This document shows positions 36,125-41,611 of a stretch of 41,611 nucleotides of DNA, one piece after another. The stretch is taken from positions 1 to 41,611 of the forward strand of contig DLBE01000024.1 of NCBI GenBank assembly GCA_002494205.1, written 5' to 3'. Both the position numbers and the translations under genes were made by a program. The notes beneath the pieces are model-generated. The model ran no database searches. It saw nothing but the letters and a program-made list of their open reading frames with translations, and was not told the origin of the DNA. The number at the start of each line of letters is the position of its first letter. Position 1 is the stretch's first letter. Source of the DNA: Bacillales bacterium UBA7029. Lineage in GTDB: Bacteria > Bacillota_I > Bacilli_A > RFN20 > CAG-826.

Positions 36125-37011
36125 TGGAAAAAGTAATCTTTTCTCTAACCTCTAGCAAAAAACTTGCTAAAGCAATATCTGAAAAATCTGGTATTCCTAT
36201 GGGAGAATCAGAAGTTTTAAGATTTGCCGATGGCGAGATTATGGCTAGATGTAAGAGCGATGTTCAAGGAAAGATTTGCTATGTTGTGCAATCAACTGTG
36301 AGTCCATCTACCGAGACTATTTTTGAGGTTTTGATGTTCGCTGATGCACTTAAAAATGCCGGAGCATTTGAGGTGGTTTTGATTGCTCCATATTTCGGAT
36401 ATTCACGCCAAGACAGAGTCGCTGTAAAAGGCGAGCCAATAACTGCTAAATTAGTTGCAAAAATGATAGAAATTGCCGGGATTTCCCGTGTTATTTGCGC
36501 AGATTTGCATACTCAACAAATTCAAGGATTCTTCTCAATTCCGGTCGAAAATATTGATACCAGTACATTATTTGGACAATATTTTGCAAAGAGATTTGAT
36601 GAACTTGGAATTAAGCATTCTGATGTATGTGTTGTTTCACCTGATCACGGTTCCGCAAATAGAGGCCGTGATGTTTCTAGTGAACTTAACGGGGCATCTT
36701 TAGCCGTTATTGATAAACGCCGTCCTGCTCCAAACAAATCCGAAGTTATTAATGTCGTTGGCGATGTTAAAGATAAAATTTGTTTAATTGTTGATGATAT
36801 AGTCGACACAGGCGGAACTGTAAACAATGCTGTTGAGGCACTACTTTCAAAAGGCGCAAAGGAAGTCTATGTTGCGGTAACCCACGCCATACTTTCTAAA
36901 GGCCCTTTGACCCCAAAAATTAAAGAATTTGTAACTACAGATTCTGTTGAAAAAGATAATAAAGGAGCTAAGGTGTTATCACTCGCTGAGATTTTATCTC
37001 AGAACATTTAA
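36124..37011 (+). CDS. prs: ribose-phosphate pyrophosphokinase (PRPP synthase)
   Basis: FADGE, PYFGYSRQDR, DLHTQQIQGFF, VSPDHG and IVDDIVDTGGT motifs. TAATG overlap with the MazG-like gene. Confidence 0.9.
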   Translation: MEKVIFSLTSSKKLAKAISEKSGIPMGESEVLRFADGEIMARCKSDVQGKICYVVQSTVSPSTETIFEVLMFADALKNAGAFEVVLIAPYFGYSRQDRVAVKGEPITAKLVAKMIEIAGISRVICADLHTQQIQGFFSIPVENIDTSTLFGQYFAKRFDELGIKHSDVCVVSPDHGSANRGRDVSSELNGASLAVIDKRRPAPNKSEVINVVGDVKDKICLIVDDIVDTGGTVNNAVEALLSKGAKEVYVAVTHAILSKGPLTPKIKEFVTTDSVEKDNKGAKVLSLAEILSQNI

Positions 37012-37018
37012 AAATATT

Positions 37019-37056
37019 AAGTGTTCCCTTGAATAACCACTTAGAAAAAAGCAAGG
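37019..37056 (+). promoter_or_regulatory. preQ1-I riboswitch (H-type pseudoknot) controlling queT
   Basis: P1 pairs AAGUG (37019-23) with CACUU (37038-42). L1 is UUC. P2 pairs CCUUG (37027-31) with CAAGG (37052-56). The conserved UAAC precedes the P1 3' strand. A-rich tail AGAAAAAAG. The 3' end lies 1 nt before the queT AUG. Confidence 0.8.
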
Positions 37057-37057
37057 T

Positions 37058-37564
37058 ATGAAAAACGAAGTAATTAGAACTTTAACTAGAAATGCTGTAG
37101 TAGCAGCTATCTACGTTGTATTAACAGTAGCAACAAGTGCAATATCATTTGGAATGATGCAAATTAGAATTGCGGAAGCCTTGATGCTACTTTGTTTCTT
37201 TAGAAAAGACTATATTTACGGCCTTACAGCGGGTTGTTTTATAGCTAATCTATTCTCATTTATGTGGATGGATATTATAGTAGGAACTCTTGCGACATTG
37301 ATTGCATGTTTATGTATATGTTTCTTGAGTTTTAAAAATTTATTTTTAGCGTCTCTATATCCAGTAATAGCAAACGGCTTCATTATTGGTGCAGAATTAA
37401 CATATTTTGAAGTTGGCCCTTATTGGGTTTGCACAGGATGGGTTGCTTTAGGTGAAGTAATTGCCGTTTGCGTTATAGGCTATGCTCTATTTATGATTTT
37501 ATGGCGCGAAAAAAGATTGCTCACTGTTTTTGGAGCGAATAGGAATTTGGAACCAAAATGGTAA
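37058..37564 (+). CDS. queT: queuosine-precursor transporter QueT
   Basis: 168-aa polytopic membrane protein (NAVVAAIYVVLTV ...), directly downstream of a preQ1 riboswitch and upstream of tgt/queA/queH. Confidence 0.8.
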   Translation: MKNEVIRTLTRNAVVAAIYVVLTVATSAISFGMMQIRIAEALMLLCFFRKDYIYGLTAGCFIANLFSFMWMDIIVGTLATLIACLCICFLSFKNLFLASLYPVIANGFIIGAELTYFEVGPYWVCTGWVALGEVIAVCVIGYALFMILWREKRLLTVFGANRNLEPKW

Positions 37565-37854
37565 AAATAACTGTTGTAAAAGTATCTAGATTTGATGATC
37601 TGATTTCAAAATATGAGAACCAAATTAAGCATGCTTGCGGCTTACATGAAGGTGACGTTTTTATTTCAAAAAATGCCGAAATTCCCGAGAATTTTTGCTT
37701 AGAAGCATGGAAAAGCTTAAAAGAATTTGTTGAAGCATTAGAACAAGGGAAAGGCAATTTTTTCGATGGTTGGATGAAAGATCCAATGAGCGCAATGATT
37801 TCTTGCAACGATGGATTTAGGCCAGTTAGTTTCTTTATCGAACTTATTAAATAA
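37558..37854 (+). CDS. TIGR04076-family small protein (uncharacterised)
   Basis: ATGGTAA overlap with the queT stop. The 98-aa protein carries KITVVKV ... CGLHEGDVF ... ENFCLEAW ... WMKD ... SCNDGFRPVSF, which matches my recollection of TIGR04076. Confidence 0.6.
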   Translation: MVKITVVKVSRFDDLISKYENQIKHACGLHEGDVFISKNAEIPENFCLEAWKSLKEFVEALEQGKGNFFDGWMKDPMSAMISCNDGFRPVSFFIELIK

Positions 37855-37875
37855 ATTCGATATTTTATTGAACTA

Positions 37876-39014
<1,139 letters not shown>

Positions 39015-39015
<1 letters not shown>

Positions 39016-40043
39016 TGGATATTTCCTTATTTGATTACAATTTACCAGAAGAACTTATTGCACAAACCCCTGCATCGGTCAGAGATGAGTGCAAACTTTT
39101 GTGCATAAATAAGAAAAATAAGTCATTCGAAGACAAAATTTTTAAAGATATAATTGACTATCTAAAACCTGGCGATGTTATCGTCAGGAATAACACTAAA
39201 GTGTTATCGGCCCGCATATTTGGGGTTAAAGAAGGAACTGGTGCACATGTCGAAATTTTGCTATTAAAACAGCTTGAAGGAGATGTGTGGGAATGCCTTG
39301 CAGGAAACGCTAAGGCAATTAAGGTTGGAACAGTCATAAATTTCAACAACGGAAGGCTTTTTGCCGAGTGTTTGGAGGTAAAAGACGAGGGGATTCGTAT
39401 ACTAAAATTCAAATATACTGGCATTTTCATGGAAATTTTGAATGAAATCGGTGCAATGCCGTTACCTCCATATATCAAGAAAAAGTGTGAGGATAAGTCT
39501 CAATATCAAACTGTATTCGCGAAAGTCTATGGTAGTGCCGCAGCACCAACAGCGGGATTCCATTTTACAAAAGAGTTAATTAAAAAATGTGAAGAAAAGG
39601 GTGTCGAGTTCTTAGACATCACTTTGAATATTGGTCTAGGAACCTTTAAACCTGTCAAAGAGAAAACTGTAGAGGCTCACAAAATGCATTCTGAGCATTA
39701 TGAGATAACTCAAGAGGTTGCAGATCGTCTAAATCTCGCAAAAAAAGAAAATAGACGCATTATTGCCCTTGGTACAACATCGACAAGAACCCTTGAAGCC
39801 AACTTCCAAAAATATGGAGAATTTAGAGGCGAAACAGACGATACAGAAATCTTTATTAAGCCTGGTTATGAGTTCAAAGCGATTGATGCTTTAATTACCA
39901 ATTTCCATCTACCAAAATCTACCCTTATTATGCTAGTGTCTGCCCTTATGGGCAGGGAGTTCACTCTCGCGTGCTATAAATATGCAGTTGAAAAGAGGTA
40001 TAGATTCTTCTCATTTGGGGATGCAATGTTTATCTATGAATGA
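39015..40043 (+). CDS. queA: S-adenosylmethionine:tRNA ribosyltransferase-isomerase
   Basis: LFDYNLPEELIAQTP, PLPPYI, AAPTAGFHFT, GTTSTRTLE and FSFGDAMFI. TAATG overlap with tgt. Confidence 0.95.
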
Positions 40044-40689
40044 GTATATTAATTACTATAAAGAATCATTAAAAGAATTAGAGAAACTTCCTAAAAATAA
40101 GAAGCCATCTTTATTACTTCATGCCTGTTGTGGACCATGTTTGACTTTTCCTTTAACTTTTTTATGCCCGCATTTTGATGTGACGATATTTTTCAATAAT
40201 TCAAACATCTATCCGTCAGAAGAATATTATAGAAGACTCAATGAGCTTAAAAAGTTTCTAGATTTCTTCAAAAGAGATTACGGATACGAGGTTAAAGTTA
40301 TCGAGACAAAATATGACAACGATAATTACAATAAAGACCTTGAAAAATACGCAGATCAAGATGAAGGAAAAGAGAGGTGTTTTTTGTGCTACGAAAAACG
40401 CATGGATCAGGCCTTCAAATTTGCTAACGAAAACGGCTTTGATTTCTTCACCACAGTTATGACCATTTCGCGTCAAAAGAATTCTCAAAAAATAAATGAA
40501 ATCGGTGCAAAATTACAGAAAAAATACGGAAATTCCCGCTATTTTTACTCAGATTTCAAGAAAAATAAGGGTATTGATATAGCTCGAGAAATGCGCATTC
40601 ATTACGACCTATATCAGCAGCTTTATTGTGGGTGTAAATTTACATACGAAAAGGGCCTAAAAAAGGAGGCAGAAAAATATGGAAAATAA
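40036..40689 (+). CDS. queH: epoxyqueuosine reductase QueH (DUF208 type)
   Basis: Start at the ATG at 40036 (ATGAATGA overlap with the queA stop); the ORF-track start at 39982 is rejected. LLHACCGPC motif, and CYxxR and CGC near the C-terminus. Confidence 0.85.
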   Translation: MNEYINYYKESLKELEKLPKNKKPSLLLHACCGPCLTFPLTFLCPHFDVTIFFNNSNIYPSEEYYRRLNELKKFLDFFKRDYGYEVKVIETKYDNDNYNKDLEKYADQDEGKERCFLCYEKRMDQAFKFANENGFDFFTTVMTISRQKNSQKINEIGAKLQKKYGNSRYFYSDFKKNKGIDIAREMRIHYDLYQQLYCGCKFTYEKGLKKEAEKYGK

Positions 40690-41017
40690 GATTGCTTTTT
40701 GTGGTCTAAATTGTGAAGAATGTGAAGCAAGAAAAGCGACAATAAATAATGACAACGAATTACGTAAAAAAGTTGCAAAACTATGGTCTGAGTGGAATCA
40801 GTGTGAAATAAAACCCAAATGGATTAATTGCGAAGGATGCCATGGTGATGGATGCAAGACACACTTCTGTAGCGAACAATGCAAGATTCGTAAATGCGCT
40901 TTGTCAAAAGGCTTCAACACATGTGCTGAATGTTCAAAAATGAATGACTGTGAGACCTTAAAAATGATTACTGATCACAGTCAATCAGCAAAAAATAATT
41001 TAAATAATTTGAAATAA
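40679..41017 (+). CDS. DUF3795-like cysteine-rich protein
   Basis: 11-nt overlap with the queH stop. CGLNCEECEA at the N-terminus plus further CxxC pairs (CEGCHGDGC, CAECSKMNDC). Confidence 0.6.
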   Translation: MENKIAFCGLNCEECEARKATINNDNELRKKVAKLWSEWNQCEIKPKWINCEGCHGDGCKTHFCSEQCKIRKCALSKGFNTCAECSKMNDCETLKMITDHSQSAKNNLNNLK

Positions 41018-41417
41018 AGTTTTTCACGCATATTCATTTATTAGATAAATAATAAGGTTGTTTTTAATAATGGATTTTTTTGAAATATTTTTATCATAAT
41101 TCAATTATTTATAATTGCTTTATCATAAACTATTTTGTAATTTTAATTGAATTTTCACTTAAAAATTGCAAAAATTTGGCAAAAATTTACATAAAAATGA
41201 TAGTAAAAAGAGGCAAAAATTTGTGTCTTTCGTGCGGGCGCCTAAAAATTTTTATTGATTTATATTATATATAGGCGTATCTTATTACACGTTAGCGTTT
41301 GCGTTGACATGCGAGGTTGCTGACACACCAACAGGCGTTGTCATGAAAGGTGGCCAGGGAATTCGCATCGAGCAGTTCGTTAAAAGCCTGAAATAAATAG
41401 TTATAGGAGGAAAATTC

Positions 41418-41611
41418 ATGGCAAAAGTTAAAACCATTAGGGTTCGCTTGCAAGCTTATGATCACAAGATTCTCGACTTAGCTGTTGAGAAGATCGTAGA
41501 AGCAGCGAAAAAGACTGGGGCTGGTGTTGTTGGTCCTATTCCACTCCCTACCGAGAAACAGGTTTACACCATCTTACGTGCTGTGCATAAGTACAAAGAT
41601 GCTCGTGAACA
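41418..41611 (+). CDS. rpsJ: 30S ribosomal protein S10, 3'-truncated by the window edge
   Basis: AGGAGG Shine-Dalgarno 8 nt upstream. [20 protein letters not shown]...[26 protein letters not shown] is near-consensus S10. Confidence 0.95.
   Translation, partial: MAKVKTIRVRLQAYDHKILDLAVEKIVEAAKKTGAGVVGPIPLPTEKQVYTILRAVHKYKDARE

Noticed and set aside
41098-41153. 10-bp inverted repeat AATTCAATTA / TAATTGAATT and the duplicated TTATCATAA 9-mers, considered as an operator or DnaA-box-like sites
   Set aside because: This is pure A/T sequence in an AT-rich spacer, so chance matches of this size are likely. TTATCATAA matches the DnaA box consensus at only 6 of 9 positions.
41080-41274. 64-aa ORF from the track (MKYFYHNSIIYNCFIINYF...)
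   Set aside because: It lies entirely in AT-rich DNA with phased A-tracts. The peptide is low-complexity I/F/N/Y/K. There is no Shine-Dalgarno sequence, and it sits where the rpsJ promoter should be. It is most likely a chance ORF.
41344-41397. 17-codon mini-ORF MKGGQGIRIEQFVKSLK inside the GC-rich island, considered as a leader peptide
   Set aside because: There is no Shine-Dalgarno sequence or plausible initiation context, and no run of regulatory codons. It is better treated as part of the larger open frame or RNA element reported as a finding.

Overview
Gene-dense 41.6-kb chromosomal window from a low-GC bacterium (about one-third GC by eye). It reads with the standard genetic code: TGA terminates queA and the HTH gene, and Trp is TGG. 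Surface proteins here are lipoproteins or TM-anchored, with no LPXTG motif. That suggests a Mollicutes-like or Erysipelotrichia-like Bacillota lineage (inference only). I support about 46 CDS, one riboswitch, several terminators and promoters, and one gene-fragment relic. I found no rRNA, tRNA, CRISPR array, transposase or integrase.

Gene order:
- nrdD (5'-truncated, fused to a Grx-like tail), a TrxR-like flavoprotein and a convergent nrdG.
- A 1120-aa TM-anchored surface protein with Listeria-Bacteroides repeats, plus a translationally coupled partner.
- mscS-family channel and folD.
- A lipoprotein with a two-ATPase ABC-2 exporter.
- On the minus strand, a heterodimeric ABC exporter followed by a Big_2 lipoprotein.
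- A divergent pair of ATP-grasp ligases, a DJ-1/PfpI gene and a second lipoprotein.
- An IscU-like + GGGtGRT gene pair.
- A small islet: zinc-ribbon gene, a relic copy of the GGGtGRT 3' end, and a DUF3990 (ADP-ribosyltransferase-like) + HTH two-gene module.
- A flavin-reductase-like gene, a GtrA::CAT-like acyltransferase fusion, an acyl-AMP/CoA ligase, an FNT channel and a proline iminopeptidase.
- add, pepC, gpmA, a MazG-like gene and prs.
- A preQ1-I riboswitch followed by queT, a TIGR04076 gene, tgt, queA, queH and a DUF3795 gene.
- A curved, AT-rich region and a GC-rich leader upstream of rpsJ.

Most interesting candidates for undescribed biology:
- The leaderless DUF3990/HTH module and its scarred surroundings.
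- The GtrA::acyltransferase + ligase pair, which has Glu at the position of the catalytic His.
- The highly codon-optimised IscU-like/GGGtGRT pair.
- The TIGR04076 gene embedded in the preQ1-controlled queuosine operon.
- The NrdD-Grx fusion next to a TrxR-like protein that lacks the NADPH motifs.

All family assignments come from motif recognition by eye. No searches were run.
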